This document shows positions 51,778 through 62,439 of a stretch of DNA of 64,000 nt, one piece after another. The stretch is from the IMG/VR virus record IMGVR_UViG_2061766007_004243. One strand, 5' to 3'. The stretch comes from an uncultured virus (IMG/VR IMGVR_UViG_2061766007_004243) (lineage: Duplodnaviria > Heunggongvirae > Uroviricota > Caudoviricetes). Under the pieces are notes generated by a model. That model saw nothing but the letters and a program-made list of their open reading frames with translations. It was not told the origin of the DNA and did not search any database. Both the position numbers and the translations under genes were made by a program. Each line of letters begins with the position of its first letter. Position 1 is the stretch's first letter.

Positions 51778-53149
51778 TTACACTTTCACCTCCGCTTTTA
51801 CAGCTTCAATCAGCGCCTCCTGCACTCTGTCCTTCTCGGACAGCGCCTTCAGCACCCTCGAATCTACAGTGTCTTTCGTCACAATGTGCATGATCACAAC
51901 CGTATCGGCTGTCTGCCCCTGCCGGTAAAGCCGCGCGTTCATCTGCTGATACAGTTCCAGCGACCAGGTGGGCGTGAACCAGCATATCGTGTTACCGCCC
52001 GCCTGCAGGTTAAGCCCGTGGCCGGTTGAAGCGGGATGCGCCAGCGCCACCTGAATTTGCCCGGCGTTCCACCGTTGCATCGATGCTTCGGAGTCAAGCC
52101 GTTCACAGGCGATGCCCAGTTTCGTCAGCCGCGCGGCGATGCGGTCGTAATCATGCTTGAACCAGTAGGCTACCAGCAGCGGCTTTCCATTCATGCCCTC
52201 GATGATGTCCTCCAGCGCGTCCAGCTTCCGGTCGTGAAGGTACATCACGCTTCCGTCGTCCGCGTAAATCGCGCCGCTCGACAGCTGCAGGAGCTTTCCC
52301 GTCAGCACAGCAGCATTGCTTGCGGTCACCTCGCCGTCCGGGAGAGACAGCATCAATTCACGCTTCATTTTCACGTACTGCCTTATCTCCGGATAGGACA
52401 TCTCGACCTCATAATTCGTGGTGATGAGTTCCGGCATCCGCAATTGTCCGCACGCCTTCATGCTGATCGTGATATCCCCTATCCTGCGGTAAATTTCCTC
52501 TTCCGCGCCGGGCAGTGGCCTGTAGCTGTACACGATCTGGCCGTTGGTTTTATCCGGCGTGAAGAAAGCATTGCGGTATTGTCCGATGAACCTCCCCAGC
52601 CGCTTACCCATATCCAGCAGTTTGAATTCCGCGAAGAGGTCCATAAGCCCGTTGCTGCTGGGCGTGCCCGTTAGCCCGACAATGCGTTTCACGCGGGGAC
52701 GCACCTTCATAAGGCTCTTGAAACGTTTGGCCTGCCAGCTTTTGAAGGAAGACAGCTCGTCGATCACCAGCATGTCGTAATCAAAGGGAAGGCCGCTGTC
52801 TTCCACCAGCCACTGCACATTTTCGCGGTTGATGATGTAGATGTCGGCATTTTGCCTGAGCGCCGTCCTGCGTTCCTCAGCTGTGCCCGCCGCGACCGAC
52901 CAGGTCAGGCCTTTAAGGTGATCCCACTTCTGAATCTCAGCGGGCCAGGTGTTCTTCGCCACCCGCAGAGGCGCGATGATCAGCGGCTTCCTGATCTCAA
53001 ATTCCCGGTACATGAGATGTTCGATCGCAGTCAGGGTTATAATGGTTTTGCCCTCAACCCAAGCCCATATCCAGCAGCAGTGCAGCCTGCTTATGATCCA
53101 AAATATGCTTGATCGCATATGCCTGGTAATCATGTGGTATGAACTTCAT
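51778..53149 (-). CDS. Phage SNF2-family helicase interrupted by a 7-nt insertion in Walker A
   Basis: MKFIPHDYQ...DMGLG*, continues GKTII in +1 frame; DELSSFK, TGTP, GHGLNLQ. Confidence 0.85.
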
Positions 53150-53433
53150 CGGGCATCACCTCCAATCTCATCCAGTATTCCGGCAACAGCGGCCGGATCG
53201 TCCAGCACATACACTCTGAAGCCCAGTCGCCGCAGGAGCCTGTGCCGTGACAGCTGCAGGGGCCGCGGCCTTTTGCCGGGAGCTTTCACTTCCACAAAGG
53301 CTATGCGCCCTACCGGCAGCAGCACCAGTCTGTCCGGCATGCCGTCCATCCCCGGGCAGACCAGTTTGGAACAGATTCCGCCCAGGTCTTTTACCGTCCG
53401 GACCAGTTTCTGCTCAATCTGCTTTTCTCGCAT
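53146..53433 (-). CDS. VRR-NUC domain nuclease
   Basis: MREKQIE, GMPDR, FVEVKAPG..PRPLQ. Confidence 0.9.
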   Translation of the reverse strand: MREKQIEQKLVRTVKDLGGICSKLVCPGMDGMPDRLVLLPVGRIAFVEVKAPGKRPRPLQLSRHRLLRRLGFRVYVLDDPAAVAGILDEIGGDAR

Positions 53434-53651
53434 CTGACATACTCCTCCCAGCATTCTTCAAAAGTCTCCAGGCATTCATCGCAGGCGTTGTGACGATACA
53501 GATGCGCCAGAATGATCTCGTGCCAGTCGTCGAACTTGCACGAACTGTTTCTGGGGAAGTCTTCCTTATCGCGTTCCATGTCATACGCGAGATCACCCGC
53601 ATTGGTAATCTGGCCTTTATGCGTTCTCATCATGTAAGTGTAAAAAGTCAT
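53391..53651 (-). CDS. YozE-like SAM-fold small protein
   Basis: TFYTYM, GDLAYDM..D..FP, FEECWEEY. Confidence 0.65.
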   Translation of the reverse strand: MTFYTYMMRTHKGQITNAGDLAYDMERDKEDFPRNSSCKFDDWHEIILAHLYRHNACDECLETFEECWEEYVRCEKSRLSRNWSGR

Positions 53652-53922
53652 TTTGGTTCTCCTTCTTTTGTCATGCGGTCTTCTTCACCGTCTTTCAGTT
53701 GTTCCACACAAACCCCCTTTATTTACAGGGGGGTTTTCACATATGTCAGCCCAGTCATTTATGTCTTGAAATAAAGGGTATAAAACCTTATTCTGTAGTA
53801 GTAAAAATATATAATAATAATTATTATCTTTTTTTGACTGACTATGTGTAATGACATAAATGACGGGACTGTCCAAAGACTGAAACCTCCCTAAAATACA
53901 GAGGGTTTTGTGTGTTGGGGTG

Positions 53923-56460
53923 TCATTCGGAACGGACGACGCTTGTTATGTCAAACTGACAATAGTAGTGTTCGACCCAGGGGTTGACGAGATAGGCCGG
54001 CATGGGCGGTCTTCCCTTGCCATAGCTTGCCGTGGGCTGGACAGTGGTGATATAGCCGTAGTCCTCGAGGAAATCCAGGACGGGCTGGATTTCAGCCACA
54101 GTCTTGAACATCTGGCAGTTGCGCATGGCCGTCCTGCGGTTGAACTCCTGCAGCCGCTTGTCATGCAGCATCTTCAGAATCTTGTGCGCGTTCTGGAACA
54201 TGGCGTTATCGGGCAGGACGTTGAACACAGCCTGGGCGTGGTTCAGGAAGTACCTTCCCAGCCGGATGGCATTTTTCATTGTCTGCCCATCGATCACAAG
54301 CGGCTCGGGCACATCGAGAAAGTCATGGCAGCGCTCGACAGACGACCTGCACAGCAGCCCCGCAATACGCAGCGTATTGCCAGGCAGCTTGCCACACCAG
54401 TCTGCGATTTCGGCGTACTCCTTCACGAGCTTGCCTTCGATCTCGTCCGAGAACGCTTCCAGCAGCCTGTCCGCTTCAGGGGACAACGTGATGAGCTCAG
54501 GCCTTTCCGAGTACTCATCTTCCAGCAGGTTGAAGATACGGCGCTCATAGGCTTCGTAGACGCCGGGCGGGACCTGCGTACTCCGGTACTGCCTTGATCC
54601 GACGATGGATTTGGGCATGCTGTAGAGGAAACGCGCGGTGAGGCCCCTGCCGCGGAAGGTCTTGTTGCTCAGGACCCTGGACACGGCTTCAGGCTGCGCC
54701 ATCATGAGAATCGTGAGCGAGGGTCGCATAATGCTCTCGCTTTCCCTGCCGATACGGTCAACCCGGATTGGATCTCCAGAATAACTTTTAAGCAGCACGT
54801 CAATATTGGGCATTTTGCTGTATGCGCCCGCGAAGGTGTCGAACAGGCCCGCTTCGCTGGAAAGCACCGACATGCGTCCGTCGTTCTCAGCCAGCACGGA
54901 CACCAGTTTTTCCGGCGTGATGTCATCCGCGAACAGACGAAGGGGCTTCCGCGGGATGTATTCCGTCAGTTCCCTGGCGATTTTGTCCGCTTCGGACTGC
55001 TCCGCTTTCCCTTTTGCGATCTGCTCCTCGATCGCTTTTTGCCTGCGTTCAAGGATGCGCATGTGCATGCGGCTCGTTTCGACCGCTGCGGCGTGCTCCC
55101 GGTTATAACGGCTCTCGTAAGTGCTGAGCGGGCTTACCGGTCCGTGCTGCGCAGCGGATTTTCTCTCGGACGGTGCCGCGATAACAACTTCATACAAGTG
55201 TGGCGGCTCCTTCCAGTCGGGCTTGGCCTGAATTTCGTATTTGCCATTCATGCTTGCCGATACTGCACTAAGAACGCTGCAGCCTACCATGTCGGGTGGT
55301 ACCTGAATGCTGTCAGCGTAGGCGTTTACGTAGTCTGCCAAAACAGGAGGCAGCGCGTCCACGGGAAATGCGGTAATAGTATGTTTGCCAAAGGGAATCG
55401 GCTCCTCCCATGAGGAAGACACTTCTTCGAAATCCTTCTGCGCCTTCGCCGTCCGCTCCGTCTGCAGCGCTTTGCAGACCTCTTCATCCTCTTCGGCCAG
55501 CGCGCACATCTGCTGGAACGAGCCCTCCCCGTCGCCAAAGCGGTGCAGCCGGACGAGGTCGAAGGCGTTCAGCAGTTTGCCCCCAGCCGGGTCAGTCGCG
55601 TGATGGCTGTAGGCAAATTTACCGTCGTAGATCACGACGCCTGCTGTGCCCTCGCCGGGGATGTAATCGTAGCGGCCTTCCTTGAGAGACGGCGAATATA
55701 CACTTGACAGGTACTTTTTGATCGCGTCGTGGATGCTGTAGGTGCGGCAGAACGCACCGACAATGCCGCTTTTGGTCAGCGGGTCTTCCTGCTTTCTGCC
55801 GTCGGAAGCCCGCAGCGGCTTTTCCTTGCTGGCGATCGGCAATTTGGAACAGTCGCGCCAATCCGGATACGCGGCAAGGAAATCCATGGCGTTCAGGAAC
55901 GGTCCGTCGACCACCTTACAGATGTACTCGCCGTCTGACGGAGTCGAAGGCCAGTACATCAGCTGGTTTACCTTGTAGGAGCACATATCAAACTGGTCGA
56001 TGCCCCACTGAGCGGCAAAGTATCTGGCGACCGCGTTATAGCAGTCCGGGGTGATGTCCTTTTCGAAGGGCATTACAATCCTGTACCGGGGAGCCTCGGG
56101 CGTATGCCCGTGGGTGGTATAAACCGCCGCCGCATAACCGCACCGGCTGAGAAACTTATTCAGGAACCCCATGTCTGCGGTGTCGGAATCGAGTGTGAGC
56201 AGCGACCGGCATTCCACGTTCTCTGCCAGGCGTCTGCCGTCCCTGAGGCTGCCGCCGACAAAACCGCCGATGTCTTTTGCCTTCTCTTTATCGTCCCGGC
56301 TCATGGCGTGATACTCTGCAACCGTCTCGCGCGTCCTGAGCGTGGTCTTCAGCTTCTCGCAGAGCTTTTCCCAGCTGATCGTGCTGTTCGTCCATTTCAG
56401 GGAGTCGGCGCTGCGGCCGAGGGCAATCTTTAAATCGCGCATATCTGGTTCTCCTTTCAC
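53923..56460 (-). CDS. Primase-like N-terminus fused to DUF3987 (YfjI-like) helicase domain
   Basis: GGFVGG, LTLD.D, YTTHGH...PRYR, QLMYWPS, GAFCR, SHHATDP; APSERKS, DITPEKL, DRIGR, RGLTARFL. Confidence 0.8.
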   Translation of the reverse strand: MKGEPDMRDLKIALGRSADSLKWTNSTISWEKLCEKLKTTLRTRETVAEYHAMSRDDKEKAKDIGGFVGGSLRDGRRLAENVECRSLLTLDSDTADMGFLNKFLSRCGYAAAVYTTHGHTPEAPRYRIVMPFEKDITPDCYNAVARYFAAQWGIDQFDMCSYKVNQLMYWPSTPSDGEYICKVVDGPFLNAMDFLAAYPDWRDCSKLPIASKEKPLRASDGRKQEDPLTKSGIVGAFCRTYSIHDAIKKYLSSVYSPSLKEGRYDYIPGEGTAGVVIYDGKFAYSHHATDPAGGKLLNAFDLVRLHRFGDGEGSFQQMCALAEEDEEVCKALQTERTAKAQKDFEEVSSSWEEPIPFGKHTITAFPVDALPPVLADYVNAYADSIQVPPDMVGCSVLSAVSASMNGKYEIQAKPDWKEPPHLYEVVIAAPSERKSAAQHGPVSPLSTYESRYNREHAAAVETSRMHMRILERRQKAIEEQIAKGKAEQSEADKIARELTEYIPRKPLRLFADDITPEKLVSVLAENDGRMSVLSSEAGLFDTFAGAYSKMPNIDVLLKSYSGDPIRVDRIGRESESIMRPSLTILMMAQPEAVSRVLSNKTFRGRGLTARFLYSMPKSIVGSRQYRSTQVPPGVYEAYERRIFNLLEDEYSERPELITLSPEADRLLEAFSDEIEGKLVKEYAEIADWCGKLPGNTLRIAGLLCRSSVERCHDFLDVPEPLVIDGQTMKNAIRLGRYFLNHAQAVFNVLPDNAMFQNAHKILKMLHDKRLQEFNRRTAMRNCQMFKTVAEIQPVLDFLEDYGYITTVQPTASYGKGRPPMPAYLVNPWVEHYYCQFDITSVVRSE

Positions 56461-57554
56461 AGAATAATTTCACGGTCGCGTCCGTCGAGACTCATACGGA
56501 ACTCCCTCAATGCGCCTTTCCAGTAGGGCTGAATGAAAACCGTTTTGCCGTCCCCGTAGTGACGCCAATGACCGATCACATACCAGACCAGTGTGTGGCG
56601 TTCGAATTCACGGTCAGAGCCGTATTGAGCCCTATGGATGTCATCCGCGTTAATGACATGCTTACGGATATAACGGACAAATCTCCTGTGATTGCCTTTC
56701 TTTCCATATGCCGCGTATACGGGTTCGGTTCGGGGATTACGGAAGACGTCCTTTACGGTCGGGTGCAGCAGCGCAACCTGGATGCCGTACCACGTAGTCA
56801 TATGCTCGTAGACAAGATCAATCATGCCCATCTGCTTCCACTGCCGTCTGCATGAATTAAGTATCTCCGCAGGAACATTGCGATGACCTGTTTTTTCGAT
56901 CATTATTGTGTCTACTCCCTTGCAAACGCTGAACGGAAAGATGAACGTGTACCCATTAAGATCAATAAGCAGAGCGCCGACATCAACCGGCTCGTCGCCC
57001 GCCGATTCTATGCGTTCCCTGTAATCCGGAAAAATGACGACGCGGTAAGAACAGACCAGGCCGTTGGGTTCATCGGTTTCGTCCACGACGATCTCACAGT
57101 CCATCATCGGGATTCTCCCGCTGAAAAAGATGTCGGAAGGTAACCGCCCCTTCGGAACGGAGCAGCCCTTCATCCAAAGCTCGCACAGGGCCTCGTCATC
57201 CGCTCTTTTCAGGCATATTCTGTCGTCGGGGCGCGAACGCCTGATGTCCTGCCAAAGCGCTTCGTTCTCTGATCTGTTCAGAAACTTTACTGGAAAAAGA
57301 TTCAGCGCGCTGTTTGCGCTGTTGATTTTGCCGGTGGAGAGTATTTTGCTGAGCGCATCCTGACAACGCCTGGGGGTGACGCCCGCTGCTTCGGCATAAA
57401 GCTTTGCTTCATCCATGAAACGGAAAAAATCTTCTTCCGGCATTGAGAGAAACCAAGCGCGCGTTTTTTCATACATATCGATAGTCAGGACCTGCCTCAC
57501 TGCGTACAGCACTTCGTCTACGACCTGTTCCCTGGGCATATTCCTGTAGTCCAT
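56457..57554 (-). CDS. Hypothetical protein with C-terminal W.V.GHWR...K..FI.PYWKG motif
   Basis: 365-aa ORF with AGGAGG SD, coupled to primase. Confidence 0.75.
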   Translation of the reverse strand: MDYRNMPREQVVDEVLYAVRQVLTIDMYEKTRAWFLSMPEEDFFRFMDEAKLYAEAAGVTPRRCQDALSKILSTGKINSANSALNLFPVKFLNRSENEALWQDIRRSRPDDRICLKRADDEALCELWMKGCSVPKGRLPSDIFFSGRIPMMDCEIVVDETDEPNGLVCSYRVVIFPDYRERIESAGDEPVDVGALLIDLNGYTFIFPFSVCKGVDTIMIEKTGHRNVPAEILNSCRRQWKQMGMIDLVYEHMTTWYGIQVALLHPTVKDVFRNPRTEPVYAAYGKKGNHRRFVRYIRKHVINADDIHRAQYGSDREFERHTLVWYVIGHWRHYGDGKTVFIQPYWKGALREFRMSLDGRDREIIL

Positions 57555-57722
57555 AAGTCAACCTCCTATTAAATTGTTTTGAGTCTTTCATCTTTCTGAG
57601 CAAGCCATCTTACCCGGTGAGGTAATGGGATTCTGTATAAACTGCTCCTAACTGGTGTCGCCGTATCGCATATTCGCACATTCCTTTCATGTGATAGTGG
57701 GAGGCGGATCATCCTCTCACCA

Positions 57723-57924
57723 GCTATGTAGCCAAACAGTGCATTTTTCCGGTCCGCAGAAAAATATTTTTTCTGCGCGCGGGCGTGAAAAGTTTTCTGA
57801 AAAAAGTTTCGGGGGCACCGGAAAAACAGGTCCTTTGGCTACATAGCTTGTGGAAGGACGAAATCCGGAGCGTCCTTCAAAAAAGTTTTCGGATGACCGG
57901 AAAAACAGGTGGTTTGGCTACATA
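57723..57924. promoter_or_regulatory. Three copies of CCGGAAAAA-N7-TTTGGCTACATA, divergently oriented
   Basis: 57723-57752 (-), 57818-57847 (+), 57897-57924 (+). Confidence 0.75.
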
Positions 57925-57944
57925 TCGGGTGAAAGGAGGTCCAC

Positions 57945-58115
57945 ATGGATGAAAACAGGCCCGCCAATGATCAGGAACTGATCGATGTGCTGATCGCAAT
58001 CAGCGTTGTAGCGAGGCGATTGGCAAGGAAACTGGAAATCTTGGAAAAGGAGAAACACCATGAGCAAAATGAACGAACTGATGCAGACGCTGGATGCCCT
58101 TATCGCGTGCGGTGA
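57945..58115 (+). CDS. Small hypothetical protein (56 aa, below the ORF-track cutoff)
   Basis: GAAAGGAGGT SD; ELIDVLIAISVVARRLARKL. Confidence 0.65.
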   Translation: MDENRPANDQELIDVLIAISVVARRLARKLEILEKEKHHEQNERTDADAGCPYRVR

Positions 58116-58428
58116 GACGCTCATCCGGTCGGCATCTGCCATCCGCGAAATGTTCAAAAGTGACGCGGAACTGACACCGGCGCATGATCCCGACCTGCCG
58201 TGGCCTGAAAAGGGAGAGCCCGCGCAGCAGGAGCTTCCAAAGGAGGGCCCCGAAGCAAAGACATACGCAAAAGAAGATGTCCGCGCCATGCTGGCTGAGT
58301 TGTCACAGACGGGGCACCGTGCTGAAGCAAAAGCGCTGGTAAGCAAATACAGCGGAGGCGGCACTTTTGCGGACGTGCCTGCCGCGAAGTATAACGAACT
58401 GGTAAAGGAGATTATAAGCTATGCCTGA
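58060..58428 (+). CDS. Conserved phage protein preceding DUF2800
   Basis: MSKMNEL...EDVRAMLAELS..G..AE.KAL..KY. Confidence 0.75.
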   Translation: MSKMNELMQTLDALIACGETLIRSASAIREMFKSDAELTPAHDPDLPWPEKGEPAQQELPKEGPEAKTYAKEDVRAMLAELSQTGHRAEAKALVSKYSGGGTFADVPAAKYNELVKEIISYA

Positions 58429-59544
58429 TCACGCGCTGCTATCCGCGTCGTCCAGCTACCGCTGGCTCAACTGTCCGCCCAGCGCGAGGCTTGCAGCTGA
58501 ATACCCTGATACCTCATCCCCCTATTCCCTGCAAGGCACGCAGGCGCACAGCCTTGCCGCCTATAAGGTAATGCGGGCGTTGGGCATGGACGCAAAAGAC
58601 CCCACCGGGGAGTTGACCCTGTTAGATCATGAAATGGAAGACTGCACCGACGCTTACTGCGCCTTCGTCATGGAACAGCTGGCGGAGACCAAGAAGCACT
58701 GTTCCGACCCCGTTGTGCTGGTAGAGCAGCGGCTGGACTTCTCCCACTGGGTACCTGAGGGCTTTGGCACAGGAGACGCCTGCATCGTAGCTGATGACCA
58801 CCTGCACGTCATCGATTTCAAATACGGCATGGGCGTTCTTGTGGAAGCTGAGCGCAATCCGCAGATGATGTGCTACGCACTGGGGCTGTTGGAGGCTTTC
58901 GACGAAATCTACACTATCCGCACAATCCGTATGAGCATCTTTCAGCCCCGGCGAGACAATGTTTCGACGTATGAGATCAGCAAGCGCGATCTGCTTTTCT
59001 GGGCTGAGACTGTGCTCGCCCCTACCGCCAAACTGGCATACAAGGGAGAAGGCACCTTCAAGGCGGGCGATCACTGCCGGTTCTGCCCCGTCAAGGCTAC
59101 CTGCCGGAAACGGGCCGAGTACAACCTGGAAATGGCGCGCTACGACTTTACGCCGCCTGCGACACTAAGCGAGGATGAAGTCGCCGCAATACTGCCCCGC
59201 CTGGACGAGCTGGTGGCGTGGGCGGATGATGTGAGAGCTCATGCCCTGGCGCAGGCGATCTCGGGCACACACTATCCTGGGTTTAAGCTTGTAGCCGGAC
59301 GCTCCGTAACAAAGTACACCGACGAGGACGCCGTGGCGCTTGCCGTCAANNNNNNNNNNNNNNNNNNNNNNNNNNNNNNNNNNNNNNNNNNNNNNNNNNN
59401 NNNNNNNNNNNNNNCTTTGATGAGCTGCTTGGCGGTCTGACCTACAAACCCCAGGGCAAACCCGCGCTCGTGCCGGAGAGCGATAAACGCCCGGCAATCA
59501 CTACAGTCAACAATGATTTTATGGAGGAAAATGAACATGAGTAA
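58421..59544 (+). CDS. DUF2800 Cas4-like PD-(D/E)XK exonuclease (spans N gap)
   Basis: HALLSASS..RWLNCPPS, GTQAH, EQRLD, FGTGD, IDFKYG, NPQM..YALG, HCRFC. Confidence 0.88.
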
Positions 59545-60100
59545 ATTCGTCAATTCCTGCAAAGTAATCACCGGTCCCAATACCCGCTGGTTCTACGCAA
59601 ACGTGTGGGAAGCCCGCGCCATCAACGGCGGGACACCCAAGTTCTCCGTCAGCCTGATCATCCCGAAAACGGACACAGAGACCATAAATAAAATCAACCG
59701 TGCAATTCAGGCTGCTTACGAGGAAGGCCAAAGCAAGCTGAAGGGCACCAGTAAGTACATGCCCAGTCTTGAGGACATCAAGAACCCGCTGCGCGACGGC
59801 GACAAGGAGCGCAAGGGCGATCCCACGTATGCCGGGTGCATGTTCATCAACGCCAACAGCAGCACCGCGCCGGGCATCGTGGACGCCGACCGTCAGCCCA
59901 TTCTGGAGCGTTCCGAGGTATACTCCGGCGTGTATGGCAGGGCGAGCATTACCTTCTACGCCTTCAACTCCAACGGCAATCGCGGTATCGCCTGCGGCCT
60001 GAACAACCTGCAGAAGATCCGTGACGGTGAGCCGCTGGGAAGCCGCAGCCGTGCTGAGGATGACTTCGACACCGATGATGACGACGATTTCCTGTCATAA
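59537..60100 (+). CDS. DUF2815 (T7 gp2.5-like) single-stranded DNA-binding protein
   Basis: YANVWE, PKFSVSLIIPK, PLRDGD, YSGVY, GIACGLNN, acidic tail DDDDDFLS. Confidence 0.9.
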   Translation: MSKFVNSCKVITGPNTRWFYANVWEARAINGGTPKFSVSLIIPKTDTETINKINRAIQAAYEEGQSKLKGTSKYMPSLEDIKNPLRDGDKERKGDPTYAGCMFINANSSTAPGIVDADRQPILERSEVYSGVYGRASITFYAFNSNGNRGIACGLNNLQKIRDGEPLGSRSRAEDDFDTDDDDDFLS

Positions 60101-60145
60101 AAAAACACCGGGCAGCAGAGTGATGAGCTCTGCTGCCCGGCAGGA

Positions 60146-62140
60146 TTGGAGGGTAATGTGAAATCAATCTCGATTGATATTGAAACCCGGAGCAGTGTTG
60201 ATCTGGGTAAATGTGGAGTTTATAAGTATGTCGAGAGCCCCGATTTCGACATACTGCTCTTTGGCTACGCTGTCGATGCCGGTGAGGTGCAGGTCGTCGA
60301 TCTGGCCTGTGGGGAGCAGATTCCGGAAGAAGTGTTGCTGGCGATCGTCGACGAATCCGTTGTGAAATGGGCGTTCAATGCGTCTTTCGAGAGAATCTGT
60401 CTGTCGACCTGGCTCAGGAAGAACAGGCCTGATCTGTTCCAAAGCTACGGCATACCGGAGGACAGCGTTGGCAATTATCTCGATCCACGGTCATGGCGCT
60501 GCTCCCTTGTATGGTCGGCTTATCTGGGCCTGCCTTTATCGCTCCAGGGCGTCGGCGCTGTACTGAAGCTGGAAGACCAGAAAATGACAGAAGGTAAGGC
60601 ACTCATTCGCTATTTCTGTATGCCCTGCAAACCGACCTCCGCCAACGGCGGCAGGACATGGAATCTTCCGGAACACGCGCCTGACAAGTGGGCTGTGTTT
60701 AAAGAGTATAACAAGCGTGACGTTGAAGTAGAAATGGCGATACAGAAAAAGCTGTCTGCATTTCCTGTTCCTGATTCCGTTTGGGATGAATACCATCTGT
60801 CCGAAGAAATAAACGACCGGGGCATCGCCCTGGACAGGGAGTTGGTCAAACAGGCCATCACCCTTGACGATCTATCCCGGGACGAGCTCTCCGCCGAAAT
60901 GCAACGACTGACGCAGATGGAAAATCCAAACTCCGTTTCGCAGATGAAGCAGTGGTTGGCCGATCACGGGATGGAAGTGGAATCACTGGACAAAAAAGCT
61001 GTGAAAGAGCTGCTGAAAACTGCGCCACCGGAACTGGCAAAGGCGCTGGAGCTCCGTCAGCAGCTTGCCCGGTCGAGCGTGAAGAAGTATATCGCCATGG
61101 AAAACTGCGTATGCGCAGACGGGCGCTGCCGGGGAATGTTCCAGTTCTATGGGGCGAACCGCTCTGGGAGATGGGCAGGCAGGCTTGTGCAGTTGCAGAA
61201 TTTGCCGCAGAATCACATCCCGGATCTGGGGTCTGCACGTGATCTCGTCAAGGCAGGCGATTATGATATGCTCCGCCTGCTGTATGAGGATGTCCCCGAT
61301 ACGCTCAGTCAGCTGATCCGGACAGCCTTCGTGCCGAAGCCCGGATACAAGTTTATCGTCAGCGATTTCAGCGCCATTGAAGCCAGGGTAATCGCGTACC
61401 TGGCCGGGGAAACCTGGCGCACGGAGGTGTTCCGCAACAACGGTGATATTTACTGCGCAAGTGCAAGTCAGATGTTTCATGTGCCTGTGGAGAAGCACGG
61501 GATCAACGGTCATCTCCGGCAAAAAGGCAAAATAGCCGAGTTGGCTTTGGGCTACGGCGGCAGCAGCGGAGCCTTGCGGGCAATGGGTGGTTTGGAGATG
61601 GGCCTGAAAGAAGAGGAACTTCAACCACTGGTCGCAGCATGGCGCGAGGCCAATCCCAACATTGTGTCCTTCTGGTGGGCTGCCGATGAGGCCGTTAAGA
61701 AAGCAATCCGGCAGAGGACAGAAACCGAAACACACGGCATCCAGTTCACGTGCCAGAGCGCTATGCTGTTTATCACCTTGCCCTCCGGCAGACGGCTGGC
61801 TTATGTAAAGCCGAAGATTGACTTCAACAAGTTTGGTGGCGAATCAGTCACCTATGAGGGTGTTGGCACCACAAAAAAGTGGGAGAGAATCGAAAGTTAT
61901 GGGCCAAAGTTCGTGGAAAACATTGTACAGGCCATAAGCAGAGACATTTTGTGCTACGCCATGCGAACATTGTCACACTGCTTCATCTGCGGGCACATCC
62001 ATGATGAACTTATTATCGAAGCCAGCAAGGGTGTAAATTTGCAGGCAGTCTGCGAACAGATGGGCCGGGTACCGCCGTGGCTACCAGGGGCTGTGCTGAG
62101 GGCTGATGGGTATGAGTGCGAGTTTTACATGAAGGATTAA
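60146..62140 (+). CDS. Phage family A DNA polymerase
   Basis: IDIET, AFNASFE, YNKRDV (exonuclease); QLQNLP, SDFSAIEAR, RQKGKIAELALGYG, HIHDE. Confidence 0.93.
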   Translation: MEGNVKSISIDIETRSSVDLGKCGVYKYVESPDFDILLFGYAVDAGEVQVVDLACGEQIPEEVLLAIVDESVVKWAFNASFERICLSTWLRKNRPDLFQSYGIPEDSVGNYLDPRSWRCSLVWSAYLGLPLSLQGVGAVLKLEDQKMTEGKALIRYFCMPCKPTSANGGRTWNLPEHAPDKWAVFKEYNKRDVEVEMAIQKKLSAFPVPDSVWDEYHLSEEINDRGIALDRELVKQAITLDDLSRDELSAEMQRLTQMENPNSVSQMKQWLADHGMEVESLDKKAVKELLKTAPPELAKALELRQQLARSSVKKYIAMENCVCADGRCRGMFQFYGANRSGRWAGRLVQLQNLPQNHIPDLGSARDLVKAGDYDMLRLLYEDVPDTLSQLIRTAFVPKPGYKFIVSDFSAIEARVIAYLAGETWRTEVFRNNGDIYCASASQMFHVPVEKHGINGHLRQKGKIAELALGYGGSSGALRAMGGLEMGLKEEELQPLVAAWREANPNIVSFWWAADEAVKKAIRQRTETETHGIQFTCQSAMLFITLPSGRRLAYVKPKIDFNKFGGESVTYEGVGTTKKWERIESYGPKFVENIVQAISRDILCYAMRTLSHCFICGHIHDELIIEASKGVNLQAVCEQMGRVPPWLPGAVLRADGYECEFYMKD

Positions 62141-62234
62141 CATCCTCATACGACGGATTAACACTGCTCTCCCCTTTCATGGGCGCGGTGCTTCGTTGCT
62201 CATAGCATTACTTTTGCTTTTTATTCTATGTCAG

Positions 62235-62263
62235 TTGACAGACACATATGCTCATGCTATAAT
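62235..62263 (+). promoter_or_regulatory. Perfect consensus sigma70 promoter
   Basis: TTGACA-17-TATAAT with extended TG. Confidence 0.85.
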
Positions 62264-62439
62264 ACAAAGTACCAATTAGGGAATATTGTCCGTTTGGACG
62301 TGTTGAGGTAAATATATGGATTTTATTAAATTTGAGTTTCCTCTCCAGCGCATCAATGGCGAAGACTATATCGTTGGTTTGGACGATGCCGGCGTTCTTA
62401 AACATAGAAGAAAGCANNNNNNNNNNCTGAGGTAAATAT

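Noticed and set aside
58421..59544. Cas4-like nuclease as evidence of CRISPR-Cas
   Set aside because: Context (DUF2815 SSB + PolA) is the standard phage replication module; no cas1/cas2 or array
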